This document shows positions 17,392-25,887 of a stretch of 64,000 nt of DNA, one piece after another. Under the pieces are notes generated by a model that worked only from the letters and a program-made list of their open reading frames with translations, made no database searches and was not told the origin of the DNA. The DNA is taken from assembly GCA_022180725.1 (NCBI GenBank), contig BQMO01000020.1, positions 3,380 to 67,379 on the forward strand, in the 5' to 3' direction. Source of the DNA: Phycisphaerae bacterium. Its GTDB lineage: Bacteria; Planctomycetota; Phycisphaerae; Phycisphaerales; UBA1924. Every line of letters begins with the position of its first letter. Positions within the stretch are counted from its first letter, which is position 1. The translations under genes and the position numbers were made by a program.

Positions 17392-17736
17392 GTGGCAGAT
17401 GTCGTTGAAAAAATGTCGCCGACGGAAGTGGAATCGGCCCTCAAGTCCCTCCCGGAATGGAGTGGCGTCGGCGAAACGATTCAGCGCACGTATCAGTTCG
17501 TCGATTTCGTGACGGCCATGACGTTCGTCGCGCAGGTCGCCCAGCACGCCGAGGCCGTGCAGCACCACCCCGACATCATGATCCGTTACAGCAAGGTGAC
17601 GCTGACGTACTCGACGCACGACGCGGGCGGGCTGACGCGCAAGGACTTCGACGCCGCGGCCAAGGCCGATCTCCTCGCCGCCGCTCTTCCCGCGGCCCCC
17701 AAGGCCCCGGCCAAGGCCGCACGCAAGAAGAAGTAA
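17392..17736 (+). CDS. phhB: pterin-4a-carbinolamine dehydratase (PCD/DCoH) with Ala/Pro/Lys-rich basic tail
   Basis: LPEWSGVGETIQRTYQFVDFVTAMTFVAQVAQHAEAVQHHPDIMIRYSKVTLTYSTHDAGGLT is the PCD fold signature. GTG 17392, or alternatively ATG 17413. Tail ...LPAAPKAPAKAARKKK*. Confidence 0.8.
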   Translation: MADVVEKMSPTEVESALKSLPEWSGVGETIQRTYQFVDFVTAMTFVAQVAQHAEAVQHHPDIMIRYSKVTLTYSTHDAGGLTRKDFDAAAKADLLAAALPAAPKAPAKAARKKK

Positions 17737-17746
17737 CCAGGCTTGT

Positions 17747-17771
17747 GGGTAGCCCGGCACTCCGTGCCGGG
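17747..17771 (+). repeat. REP-like 25-nt palindromic element, copy identical to 3376-3400
   Basis: gggtagcccggcactccgtgccggg, 10 nt after the PCD stop codon. Confidence 0.75.
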
Positions 17772-17787
17772 CTCTTCCGCGAGCATG

Positions 17788-17812
17788 GGGTAGCCCGGAA
17801 CTCCGTGCCGTG
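17788..17812 (+). repeat. REP-like element, degenerate copy
   Basis: gggtagcccggaactccgtgccgtg. Two substitutions break stem pairs. Confidence 0.55.
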
Positions 17813-17865
17813 CGCTGTCGGCCACATGACGTGCGGCGGCCCGTCGCCTCGCGGGGGGATCAGCC

Positions 17866-18618
17866 TCAGCCCAACTCCACGCTCCAGTACGCGTGGTCGA
17901 GGAAGGCCTTCCACGACTGGTACTTCTCGTGCCCCAGCCGCAGCGAGATCAGCGGATTCCGCCGCGGCTTCACCGGCGGGCGGATCAACTTCATCCGCGC
18001 CTGGTCGGGCGTGCGCCCGCCCTTGCGTGCGTTGCAGCGGATGCACGAGCACACCAGGTTCTCCCACGTGTCATTCCCGCCCTGTGAGCGCGGCAGCACG
18101 TGGTCGATCGAAAGATCGTTCGTCGGGTAGATGCGCCCGCAGTACTGGCACTTGTTCCGATCCCGCGCGAACAGATTGCGCCGGTTCAACTTCACGTTCT
18201 GGTCGGGCAGGCGGTCGTACCCGAGCAGGCGGATGATCCGCGGCACGGCGATGTCGAACCGCACCGTGCGCACCCAGTCGTGCCGGTCGCGTTCGAACTC
18301 CCGCTGGAGCGCCGAAACCTCGATCCATGATTCGAGGTTGTACGTGAGGTACTTCCCCGGGCCGTCGCCGTCCGGTTCGACGTGGATGATCTCCGCGATC
18401 TCCCGCGCGAGCAGGCAGAACGCGCGCTTCGCCGACACGATCCGCATCGCCGCGTAGGCCCGGTTCAGCACCAGCACCTTGCTGCTCAACCCGCCGGCCA
18501 CGTCCGTGCCCGCGAGCACCGCGGCCAACTCCGTCGGCAAGGATCCACCCTCGGGGCCATCCTCCGGATGAGCCTCGCTCCCATCGTCCTGCGGTATGTC
18601 CCGGTTCCGGCGGTGCAT
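17866..18618 (-). CDS. HNH endonuclease-domain protein
   Basis: CQYCGRIYPTNDLSIDHVLPRSQGGNDTWENLVCSCIRCNARKGGRTP is a canonical HNH/CCCH motif. The N-terminal VLVLNRAYAAMRIVSAKRAF segment is typical of stand-alone HNH proteins. Confidence 0.75.
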   Translation of the reverse strand: MHRRNRDIPQDDGSEAHPEDGPEGGSLPTELAAVLAGTDVAGGLSSKVLVLNRAYAAMRIVSAKRAFCLLAREIAEIIHVEPDGDGPGKYLTYNLESWIEVSALQREFERDRHDWVRTVRFDIAVPRIIRLLGYDRLPDQNVKLNRRNLFARDRNKCQYCGRIYPTNDLSIDHVLPRSQGGNDTWENLVCSCIRCNARKGGRTPDQARMKLIRPPVKPRRNPLISLRLGHEKYQSWKAFLDHAYWSVELG

Positions 18619-18680
18619 GTGGGCGAACCCCCGGACGTAATGCTACCGTGGCCGCACGCCCGGGGCAAGACAATCATGCA

Positions 18681-20258
18681 CTAGTGCCGAAAGTGCCTCA
18701 ATCCGGTGGTCAGGCACGTGACCGAGCGGGACGAGCACAACGCGAACGTGTCCTCGTCGCGTTTGGAGCCCCCCGGGTGGACCATGGTGGTGACTCCGGC
18801 CGCGATCAGGATCTCCGGTCCGTCGGCGAAGGGGAAGAACGCGTCGGAGAACGCCACGGCGCCCGTGGCCTTCACTCCGGCCTTTTCGCACGCCAGACGG
18901 CAGGCCGTCACCCGGTCCATCTGCCCTGCGCCGGCCCCGGCGAGGCGCACGCCGCCGCCATCCTCGATGCCGAGGCAGACGGCGTTGCTCATGAGCGACC
19001 GGCAGACCGGCTCGAGGAATCTGGCCACGCGCAAGGCCGAGTCGCTCGCGGGCGGGCCGGCGCGGTGCACGAACTCGTCGGCGCGCGCCACGCGATCGTC
19101 CACCGATTGCACCAGCAGCCCGCCGGCGATGGAGCGGGACTCGAATCGTCCCGTGGAGTTCGATTCACCCACGTCGAGCAGCCGAACGTTGGCCCAGCGT
19201 GCCCGCAGCGAGTCGAGAGCCGCCGGCTCGAACCGCGGCGCGACGATGACCTCGAGGAAGACGTCCTTGCCCTGAAGGCGTTCCGCCGCCGTGGCGTCGA
19301 AGGGCGTGTTGATCGCCAGGATTCCGCCGTACGCCGCGAGCGGGTCGCCGGCGATGGCCAACTCCACGGCCTGCCTGGGTGTGCGCGCCGCCGCGGCCCC
19401 GCAGGGGTTCCCGTGCTTGACGATGACGGCCCCGCAGGCGTCCGGCTCGACCCGCCGCAGCGCCTGCGCGAGCGCGAGCGCCGCCGCGGCGTCAAGGATG
19501 TTGTTGTAGGAGAGTTCCTTCCCGTGGAGTTGTCGCGCCTGGGCGATGCCGTGCGTGCTTCCCGACGCGTCGCGGTAGAGTGCGGCGTGCTGGTGCGGGT
19601 TCTCGCCGTAACGCAGGCCCATCGTTTTGATGAACGCGGGGGCGTAAACGGCGGGGAACATGTCGCCGTCACCCGCGAGGTAGGCCGCGATCGCCGCGTC
19701 GTACCGCGCGGTGAGGGCGAACGCCTTGCGCGCCAGGCGCGCCCGCAGCGCCTCGCCGGTCGCCCCGTCGTGGGCCGAGAGATCGGCGAGGACGGCCTCG
19801 TACTGCGCCGGATCGGTGACGACGGTGACGAACGCGTGGTTCTTGGCCGCCGAGCGGATCATGCTCGGCCCGCCGATGTCGATCTGCTCGATGGCCTCGT
19901 CCCGCGTGCAACCCACGCGGGCGATGGTCTGCTCGAAGGGGTACAGATTGACGCACACCAGATCGATGGGGGTGATGCCGTGCGAATCCATCTGGGCGCG
20001 GTGGGCGGCGTCGGTGCGCACGCCCAGCAGTCCGCCGTGCACCTTCGGATGCAGCGTCTTGACCCGCCCATCGAGGATCTCGGGGAAGCCGGTGACGGCG
20101 TCGATCGGGGTGACGCGCAGCCCCGCGGCCGCCAGCGCCGCCGCCGTGCCGCCCGTGGAAATCAGTTCAACGCCCCGCGCGGCGAGGGCCGAGGCGAAGG
20201 GCGCCAGCCCGGCCTTGTCCGACACCGACAGCAGCGCGCGACGGATTCGCTCGGACAT
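18681..20258 (-). CDS. purH: bifunctional AICAR transformylase / IMP cyclohydrolase
   Basis: N-terminal ALLSVSDKAGL...ELISTGGTA (MGS-like) and KHGNPCG in the AICARFT domain. 525 aa. Confidence 0.95.
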   Translation of the reverse strand: MSERIRRALLSVSDKAGLAPFASALAARGVELISTGGTAAALAAAGLRVTPIDAVTGFPEILDGRVKTLHPKVHGGLLGVRTDAAHRAQMDSHGITPIDLVCVNLYPFEQTIARVGCTRDEAIEQIDIGGPSMIRSAAKNHAFVTVVTDPAQYEAVLADLSAHDGATGEALRARLARKAFALTARYDAAIAAYLAGDGDMFPAVYAPAFIKTMGLRYGENPHQHAALYRDASGSTHGIAQARQLHGKELSYNNILDAAAALALAQALRRVEPDACGAVIVKHGNPCGAAAARTPRQAVELAIAGDPLAAYGGILAINTPFDATAAERLQGKDVFLEVIVAPRFEPAALDSLRARWANVRLLDVGESNSTGRFESRSIAGGLLVQSVDDRVARADEFVHRAGPPASDSALRVARFLEPVCRSLMSNAVCLGIEDGGGVRLAGAGAGQMDRVTACRLACEKAGVKATGAVAFSDAFFPFADGPEILIAAGVTTMVHPGGSKRDEDTFALCSSRSVTCLTTGLRHFRH

Positions 20259-20281
20259 CGCCGGAGGCTCCCGAAACGTGA

Positions 20282-21457
20282 TCAGCGCGGCATGAACTTG
20301 GCGACCACGCCGCGATCAGACACCGCGTAGAGATGGCCGTCGACGAAGGCGTCGGGGGCGACAGTGACGACGCCCGGCACCGCCGCCTGCGACACGATGT
20401 CGCCCGTGGCGGGGTCGAGGGTTGCGAGCGAGCCGGCGTTCCAGACCAGCAAGCGCCCGCCGCGGATGCCGATGACCCGACCGTGAGCGTTGGGATTACT
20501 CCAGTGGATCGATCCTGATTCGGGGTCGAGCCGGCTCAGGCCCTGGGCGCCCAGGTCGACGTAGAGCGCGCCGTCGTGCAGGGTGGGCGAGGCCATCAGC
20601 GGGTTCGAGGTGCGCAGACGCCACGCGGTGGCCCCGGTGATCTCGAAGGCCCACAGCGATTGATCGTGGCAGGCGATGTACAGGCGGTTCCCGTCGGTCG
20701 CGGGGTCGCAGTCCAGCGAGCCGAACACTCTGGCGCGCCCGATCATGTTCCCCGCGGCGTTCAGGAACATGACGTCGCCCCGCTGCGAGACGGCGGCGAC
20801 GACGCCCTGCACCTCCATGAGCGCCCCTTCGATCGACGCGTCGGTGGCGAAGGCCCACAGGGGCAGCCCGTTGTTCAGGTTGTGGGCGTGCACCACGCCC
20901 AGCGAGGTGCCGAAGACGGCCGTGTCACCCATCAGCAGCGGGGGGGTGTTGACCACCCGGGCCAATCGCTGCCGTCCGAGCAGGTTCCCGGTTGCCGGCG
21001 CGAGCACGAAGATTTCCGATTCGCTGGCGACGAGCAGCCGCCCGGCGGGGCCTTCTTCGCGCGTGACGCCGACCCACTTTGTGAGCGGGCCGGTGAGTTC
21101 GGTGGACCAGCGGTTCTTTCCCGTGGTCGCTTCCATGAGCGTCACAGCGCTCGAGTCGCGCTGCACAATCACGAAGTCGCTTTGCACGTTCATGGCGGCG
21201 AGTTTCACGGGTCGATCGTCCACGCCGAACGGGAAGCCCACCCAGTCGAGCCGGTATCCCACCTTCGCCCAATCCTCGTGCACGACCGGGAACCGTGAAT
21301 CGCTCGTCGGGCCTTGGGAAGCCGCGCGAGGAGAGGCTTGGCGCGGCGTCCCTTGCTTCTGGGTACAACCGCACATCACGGCGGTCGCCGCCGCGACAAG
21401 GGTGCCGGCCGAAAGGAATCGAGAGAATGACGAGATCGTGCGTTGCATGCGCTTCAT
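20282..21457 (-). CDS. PQQ-like beta-propeller lipoprotein (BamB-family-like)
   Basis: Lipobox ...ATAVMCGCTQ. Repeated beta-propeller blades (...LWAF..., ...LYIACHDQSLWAFE..., ...GHLYAVSDRGVVAKF). Confidence 0.65.
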   Translation of the reverse strand: MKRMQRTISSFSRFLSAGTLVAAATAVMCGCTQKQGTPRQASPRAASQGPTSDSRFPVVHEDWAKVGYRLDWVGFPFGVDDRPVKLAAMNVQSDFVIVQRDSSAVTLMEATTGKNRWSTELTGPLTKWVGVTREEGPAGRLLVASESEIFVLAPATGNLLGRQRLARVVNTPPLLMGDTAVFGTSLGVVHAHNLNNGLPLWAFATDASIEGALMEVQGVVAAVSQRGDVMFLNAAGNMIGRARVFGSLDCDPATDGNRLYIACHDQSLWAFEITGATAWRLRTSNPLMASPTLHDGALYVDLGAQGLSRLDPESGSIHWSNPNAHGRVIGIRGGRLLVWNAGSLATLDPATGDIVSQAAVPGVVTVAPDAFVDGHLYAVSDRGVVAKFMPR

Positions 21458-21634
21458 GCTCCAGGAATGCCGGACCGTGCTCTCTTCACATCAACCTGTT
21501 CGTTCTTTGATTGGGAACAAGTCCCAATCCGGGGGCGGGCAGTATCGAGAACTTTGGCCTCGCGGTCAAATCGGCGTCCCGGAGCGTAGGAGCCGTCCTC
21601 CACACCCGGAGTCATCGGGCCGTACGCTCGGGGT

Positions 21635-22252
21635 GTGTTTACCGGGCTGGTCCAGCATGTCGGCGTCGTTCGTCGAGCGGAGCGCACCGCGACCGGCGTG
21701 CGCATGACCGTTGATCCCGCGGGGTGGACGCACCGACCAACCCCGGGTGATTCCATCGCCGTCAACGGGTGCTGCCTGACGATGGTCCATTCCGACGGCA
21801 CACTGGCGTTTGACGTGGTGCCCGAGACGCTCGCGGTGACCACGCTGGCAGGGTGGCAGGCCGGTCGGCGCGTGAACCTCGAGCACGCCGCGACGCCCAC
21901 GACGCTGCTGGGCGGACACCTCGTGCAGGGCCATATCGACGGCGTGGGGCGCGTCGTCTCGAACGCCGACGCGGGGCAGGGATGGCGTCTGGCCATCGAA
22001 CTCCCGGCGTCGATCTCGCCGTACATGGCCCCCAAGGGCAGCGTGTGCGTGGATGGCGTGTCACTCACGATCGCGGCGTTTGACCCCGCCACCGCACGGC
22101 TCGAGGTCGCGTTGATTCCCACCACGCTCGAACGCACAACCCTCGCCGCGCTCGCGCCGGGCGACGGCGTGAACCTCGAAGCCGACGCCCTCGCGAAGAT
22201 GGTCGTCCAGTACTTGGGCGTGTTCGGGCGCACCCCGGAGCGTGGCGCATGA
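21635..22252 (+). CDS. ribE: riboflavin synthase alpha chain
   Basis: MFTGLVQHVG start (GTG) and two lumazine-binding repeats, GDSIAVNGCCLT and GSVCVDGVSLT. Confidence 0.9.
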   Translation: MFTGLVQHVGVVRRAERTATGVRMTVDPAGWTHRPTPGDSIAVNGCCLTMVHSDGTLAFDVVPETLAVTTLAGWQAGRRVNLEHAATPTTLLGGHLVQGHIDGVGRVVSNADAGQGWRLAIELPASISPYMAPKGSVCVDGVSLTIAAFDPATARLEVALIPTTLERTTLAALAPGDGVNLEADALAKMVVQYLGVFGRTPERGA

Positions 22253-22782
22253 CGCGGGTGCTGGGCATCGACCCGGGGTTGCGGATCACCGGGTACGGGT
22301 GCGTCGAGGGCGAGTCGCACGCGCCGCGGCTCGTCGAAGCCGGTGTGTTTCGGCTGGTGCGTGGCGATGCCACGCCGAGCATCTCGTCGCGGCTGGCGGA
22401 ACTGGACCGGGACTTTCGGGACCTGCTTGCGAGGGTCCGTCCCGACGCCGTCGCGGTGGAGGGGCTGTTCGCGCACGTGAAGCACCCGGCAACGTCGATC
22501 GTGATGGGGCACGCGCGGGGCGTGCTGCTGCTGGCCGTGCAGCAGGCCGGGCTGCCGCTGATCGAACTCAAGCCGGCGCAGGTGAAGAAGAGCCTGGTGG
22601 GCAGCGGCCGGGCCGAGAAGGGTCAGATGCAGCGGGCCATCCAGGAGGTGTTCCGGCTCCCCGAACTGCCGCGCCCGCCCGACGTGGCCGATGCGCTGGC
22701 CATTGCGCTGGCGGGGCACCAACGGCACGACGCACCTTCGGTCTCCGACCGTCAGGTGATCTCGCCGGCGCGTCGCTCGTAG
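22249..22782 (+). CDS. ruvC: Holliday junction resolvase RuvC
   Basis: VLGIDPGLRITGYGCVE and a C-terminal ...DVADALAIAL motif. The ATG overlaps the ribE stop (ATGA). Confidence 0.9.
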   Translation: MTRVLGIDPGLRITGYGCVEGESHAPRLVEAGVFRLVRGDATPSISSRLAELDRDFRDLLARVRPDAVAVEGLFAHVKHPATSIVMGHARGVLLLAVQQAGLPLIELKPAQVKKSLVGSGRAEKGQMQRAIQEVFRLPELPRPPDVADALAIALAGHQRHDAPSVSDRQVISPARRS

Positions 22783-22791
22783 AATCTCCCG

Positions 22792-23865
22792 GTGCGACTC
22801 CTCCTCGCCAATCCCCGCGGTTTCTGCGCCGGCGTTCGCATGGCCATCGACGTCGTCGACCAGGTGCTCGACCTTTTCCCCGGCGAGACGATCTACGTCT
22901 ATCACGAGATCGTGCACAACAAGCACGTCGTGGGCCGCTTTGTCAACCGCGGCGTGCGCTTCGTGGACGACCTCGCCGAAGTTCCCGAAGGGGCCATCGT
23001 CGTCTTTTCCGCGCACGGCATCTCGCCGGCCATCCGGGCCGAGGCCAAGGCCCGGGGCCTGCGTGCCATCGACGCCACGTGCCCGCTCGTGACCAAGGTT
23101 CATGCCGAGGCCGTGCGCTACGCCCGTGCGGGGTTCCAGATTCTCCTGGTCGGGCACCGGAACCATCAGGAAGTCGTCGGGACCAGCGGCGAAGCCCCCG
23201 AGGTGACGCAGGTCGTGGAGCGCCCGGACTGCATCCCCACACTCAACATCCGCGACCCGGAGAAACTCGTCTACCTCACGCAGACCACGCTCTCGACCGA
23301 CGACGCCGGGGTGATCATCGAGGCCCTCAAGCGGGCGTTCCCGAAGATCAAGGCCCCGCCCAGCGAGGACATCTGCTACGCGACGACCAACCGGCAGACG
23401 GCCGTGCGGCAGATCGCGCCCGAGTGCGATCTCGTGCTGGTGGTGGGCAGCCGCAACTCGAGCAACTCCGTGCGCCTCACCGAGATCGCCGCCAACGTCG
23501 GCACGCCGGGTCAACTCCTCGACGACGTGAGCGAGATTGACTGGTCGTGGTTCCCAACCGGCGACGAGACGGTGCTGGTGACGGCCGGGGCGTCGGCGCC
23601 GGAAGACCTGGTTGCGGGGCTGTGCCGGGCGCTGCTCGAACGCTTCGGCGGCACCATCGAGCAGCGCGACGTGTTCGAGGAGGACGTCGAGTTCGCCCAG
23701 CCCGGGGCGCTGCGCAAGGTCATGGCGGAACGCGGGCTCGACCCCGAGGCCCGTCGCATCCGCGTCAGCGCGCCGGTGATCACGCGCGAGGCCTACGGCG
23801 CGGTGCCGCTCACCGTCGGGGGGCGGGCCGTGCACGAGTCGCGCGGCGGGCGGGGCGTTGCGTGA
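22792..23865 (+). CDS. ispH: 4-hydroxy-3-methylbut-2-enyl diphosphate reductase
   Basis: GFCAGVRMAIDVV, HEIVHNKHVV, FSAHGISP, DATCPLVTKVH, SSNS. About 45-aa C-terminal extension. Confidence 0.9.
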   Translation: MRLLLANPRGFCAGVRMAIDVVDQVLDLFPGETIYVYHEIVHNKHVVGRFVNRGVRFVDDLAEVPEGAIVVFSAHGISPAIRAEAKARGLRAIDATCPLVTKVHAEAVRYARAGFQILLVGHRNHQEVVGTSGEAPEVTQVVERPDCIPTLNIRDPEKLVYLTQTTLSTDDAGVIIEALKRAFPKIKAPPSEDICYATTNRQTAVRQIAPECDLVLVVGSRNSSNSVRLTEIAANVGTPGQLLDDVSEIDWSWFPTGDETVLVTAGASAPEDLVAGLCRALLERFGGTIEQRDVFEEDVEFAQPGALRKVMAERGLDPEARRIRVSAPVITREAYGAVPLTVGGRAVHESRGGRGVA

Positions 23866-25127
23866 AGCATCCCGCCCACCATATCTTCGAGTTCACCCCC
23901 GAAACCCTCGCCGCGTGGTGCGAAGCGCGTCGGATGCCGAAGTTCCGCGCCACGCAGATCCTGGAATGGGTGTACGAGAAGGGAATCGCCGACCCCGCCG
24001 CGATGAGCAACCTGTCGAGACTTGACCGCGAGACGCTTTCGCGCGAGATGGTTTTCTTGTCCGGTGAGGTTCTGGCAGAAAAGAACGCGAGCGATGGCAC
24101 CCGCAAGTTGCTGGTGCAATGGCGGGATTACTCGGAGGACGTCAAACTCGCGACGCCCACCCCCCAGCCCCCTCCCTCGGGGAGGGGTGCCCTGAACGTC
24201 CTCGGCCAAGCCGTCGGCGACCCTTCACGGCAGACCGAGTGCGTGATGATTCCGTCGATGCCGCGCGATGAGGAAGAGCAGGGTGAGGGTTGGGAGGGTG
24301 ACGAGGAAGAGAGCGGCCCGGCTCGGAGAGCCGGGCTACCCAGGAGCGGGCCGCCCAGAGCCGCGCTCGCCAGGTTCACGGCGTGCATTTCCTCGCAGGT
24401 CGGCTGTCCCGTAGGGTGCAAGTTCTGTGCGTCGGGGCTGACGGGGTTGGATCACAACCTCTCGGCCGGGCGGATTGTCGAGCAGGTATGGCGGCTGGCA
24501 CGGCTCGAAGGCGTGCGGCGCATCACCAACGTTGTGTTCATGGGCATGGGCGAGCCGCTGAGCAACCTTGGCGCGGTCGTGCCCGCGATCCGCACGCTCA
24601 ACGCGCTGTGGGGGATGGGCATCTCGGCCCGCAAGATCACGATCTCGACGGTCGGGCTTCCCAAGGCCATCGAGAAACTGGCCTCCCAACTCGATCTTCC
24701 GGTGACGCTCGCTCTCTCGCTGCACGCGCCCAACGACGACCTGCGGCGGCAACTGATCCCCTGGGCCGAGTACACGACGGTGGCCGACCTGCTCGCGGCG
24801 TGCCGGGCATGGTTCGAACGCACCGGGCGCGAGGTGACGCTGGAATACACGCTGCTCCGCGGGGTGAACGACCGCCCCGAGCACGCGACCCAACTCGCCG
24901 GAATCGCCCGCACACTGCGCGGGAACGTGAACCTGATCCGGTACAACGAGGTCGTCGGGCTGCCGTTCCAGCGGCCGCACACCGAGGACGTGCGGGCGTT
25001 CCAACGGACGCTCCGGGCCGCGGGGATCAAGGCGCACATCCGCGCCAGCCGCGGGCGCGACATCGAGGCGGCGTGCGGGCAACTCCGCCACGAGAACCGG
25101 AAAGACGCGCCCCTCGCCGCGTCGTGA
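23862..25127 (+). CDS. rlmN: 23S rRNA/tRNA adenine-C2 methyltransferase RlmN (radical SAM) carrying two extra in-frame loops
   Basis: PKFRATQILEWVY, CISSQVGCPVGCKFCASG (CxxxCxxC), NVVFMGMGEPL, LSLHAPN, AACGQL. The GTG 23862 start overlaps the ispH stop (GTGA). The track ORF upstream extension is a read-through of ispH in another frame. Confidence 0.9.
   Translation: MKHPAHHIFEFTPETLAAWCEARRMPKFRATQILEWVYEKGIADPAAMSNLSRLDRETLSREMVFLSGEVLAEKNASDGTRKLLVQWRDYSEDVKLATPTPQPPPSGRGALNVLGQAVGDPSRQTECVMIPSMPRDEEEQGEGWEGDEEESGPARRAGLPRSGPPRAALARFTACISSQVGCPVGCKFCASGLTGLDHNLSAGRIVEQVWRLARLEGVRRITNVVFMGMGEPLSNLGAVVPAIRTLNALWGMGISARKITISTVGLPKAIEKLASQLDLPVTLALSLHAPNDDLRRQLIPWAEYTTVADLLAACRAWFERTGREVTLEYTLLRGVNDRPEHATQLAGIARTLRGNVNLIRYNEVVGLPFQRPHTEDVRAFQRTLRAAGIKAHIRASRGRDIEAACGQLRHENRKDAPLAAS
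24169..24187 (+). repeat. GC hairpin (cccctccc tcg gggagggg) inside rlmN insertion 1
   Basis: Perfect 8-bp stem of the same C/T-rich versus G/A-rich composition as the 3209-3370 hairpins. Kinship is plausible but not proven. Confidence 0.4.
24317..24341 (-). repeat. REP-like 25-nt element, inverted copy inside the rlmN coding sequence
   Basis: The reverse complement reads gggtagcccggcTctccgAgccggg. The two differences from 3376-3400 are paired stem positions (A-T becomes T-A). Translated in frame as GPARRAGLP. Confidence 0.7.
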
Positions 25128-25131
25128 TTCC

Positions 25132-25878
25132 ATGAGTCCACCCGTCCCGTCAGCCGCTCTCGCCGCCGCGCCCGTGCCGGGCTTTGCGCCCTTCTCGCTC
25201 CAGCACGCGCTCTGTGTCGCGGGGTTCGTGTTGGCGGTGATCGTGCTCCTCGTGGCGGGCCGTCGCGCCGGCCCGCACGAGCCGCGAGCCCGCCGCGTTG
25301 TCGTCATCCTGCTGTGGCTCTTCATTGTCGTCTACAACGCGTACTACCTCTGGCCCAGCCGATTCGATCCCGCCGTCAGCCTCCCGCTTCAACTCTGTGA
25401 CCTGGCGCTCCTCGCGGCTCCACTGGCGCTCGCGGGTGTGGCGTGGGCCAGACCGCTGCTGTATTTCTGGGGCCTGCTCCTCTCCTCGCAGGGGTTCATC
25501 TCGCCGACGGTCGAGGTCGGCCCGGCGCACGCGCGGTTCTGGCTCTTCTGGATCAGCCACGCCGTGATTGTCGGCGGGGCCGTCTACGACCTTGTCGTCC
25601 TCCGCTATCGCCCGCGCTTCGCCGATTTCGCGTGGGCGTACGGCGCCGGGGTTGCCTACATCCTCGCCATGTTCGAGTTCAACCGTCGCACCGGATTCAA
25701 CTACGGATTCGTCGGCAGTTCCACGCCCGGCGCGCCCACGCTGCTCGACCACCTCGGCCCCTGGCCGGGACGCGTCCTCTGGATGATCCTTCTCGGGGGG
25801 GTCGTGCAGTTCATCGCCTGGATTCTCTGGCCTCTTGCCGCGCGATTGGGGCGTACCGCCCCGACCCCGCCGCGATAG
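25132..25878 (+). CDS. polytopic integral membrane protein (TIGR02206/YwaF-like, tentative)
   Basis: About 7 hydrophobic helices. LPLQLCDLALL resembles the family motif. Starts 4 nt after rlmN. Confidence 0.55.
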   Translation: MSPPVPSAALAAAPVPGFAPFSLQHALCVAGFVLAVIVLLVAGRRAGPHEPRARRVVVILLWLFIVVYNAYYLWPSRFDPAVSLPLQLCDLALLAAPLALAGVAWARPLLYFWGLLLSSQGFISPTVEVGPAHARFWLFWISHAVIVGGAVYDLVVLRYRPRFADFAWAYGAGVAYILAMFEFNRRTGFNYGFVGSSTPGAPTLLDHLGPWPGRVLWMILLGGVVQFIAWILWPLAARLGRTAPTPPR

Positions 25879-25887
25879 ACTCCGCCC

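Noticed and set aside
21458-21634. Possible FMN (RFN) riboswitch upstream of ribE
   Set aside because: I could not find the conserved RFN core segments. Only a short ttggga-acaag-tcccaa hairpin is present. The spacer is also the divergent promoter region for the BamB-like gene.
21454-23835. 793-aa minus-strand ORF spanning ribE, ruvC and ispH
   Set aside because: Antisense shadow. Three + strand genes with canonical motifs occupy the same DNA.
23547-23861. Upstream extensions of the rlmN ORF here, and likewise of the track ORFs at 26403-27101, 29610-29948, 34462-34857, 41338-41844, 44775-45044 and 59441-60799
   Set aside because: These segments overlap the 3' ends of the preceding genes in another frame, or are antisense to the UAP1-like gene. 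They translate to Arg/Pro/Ala-rich sequence without similarity to the protein family. Conserved N-termini begin at the internal starts I report.
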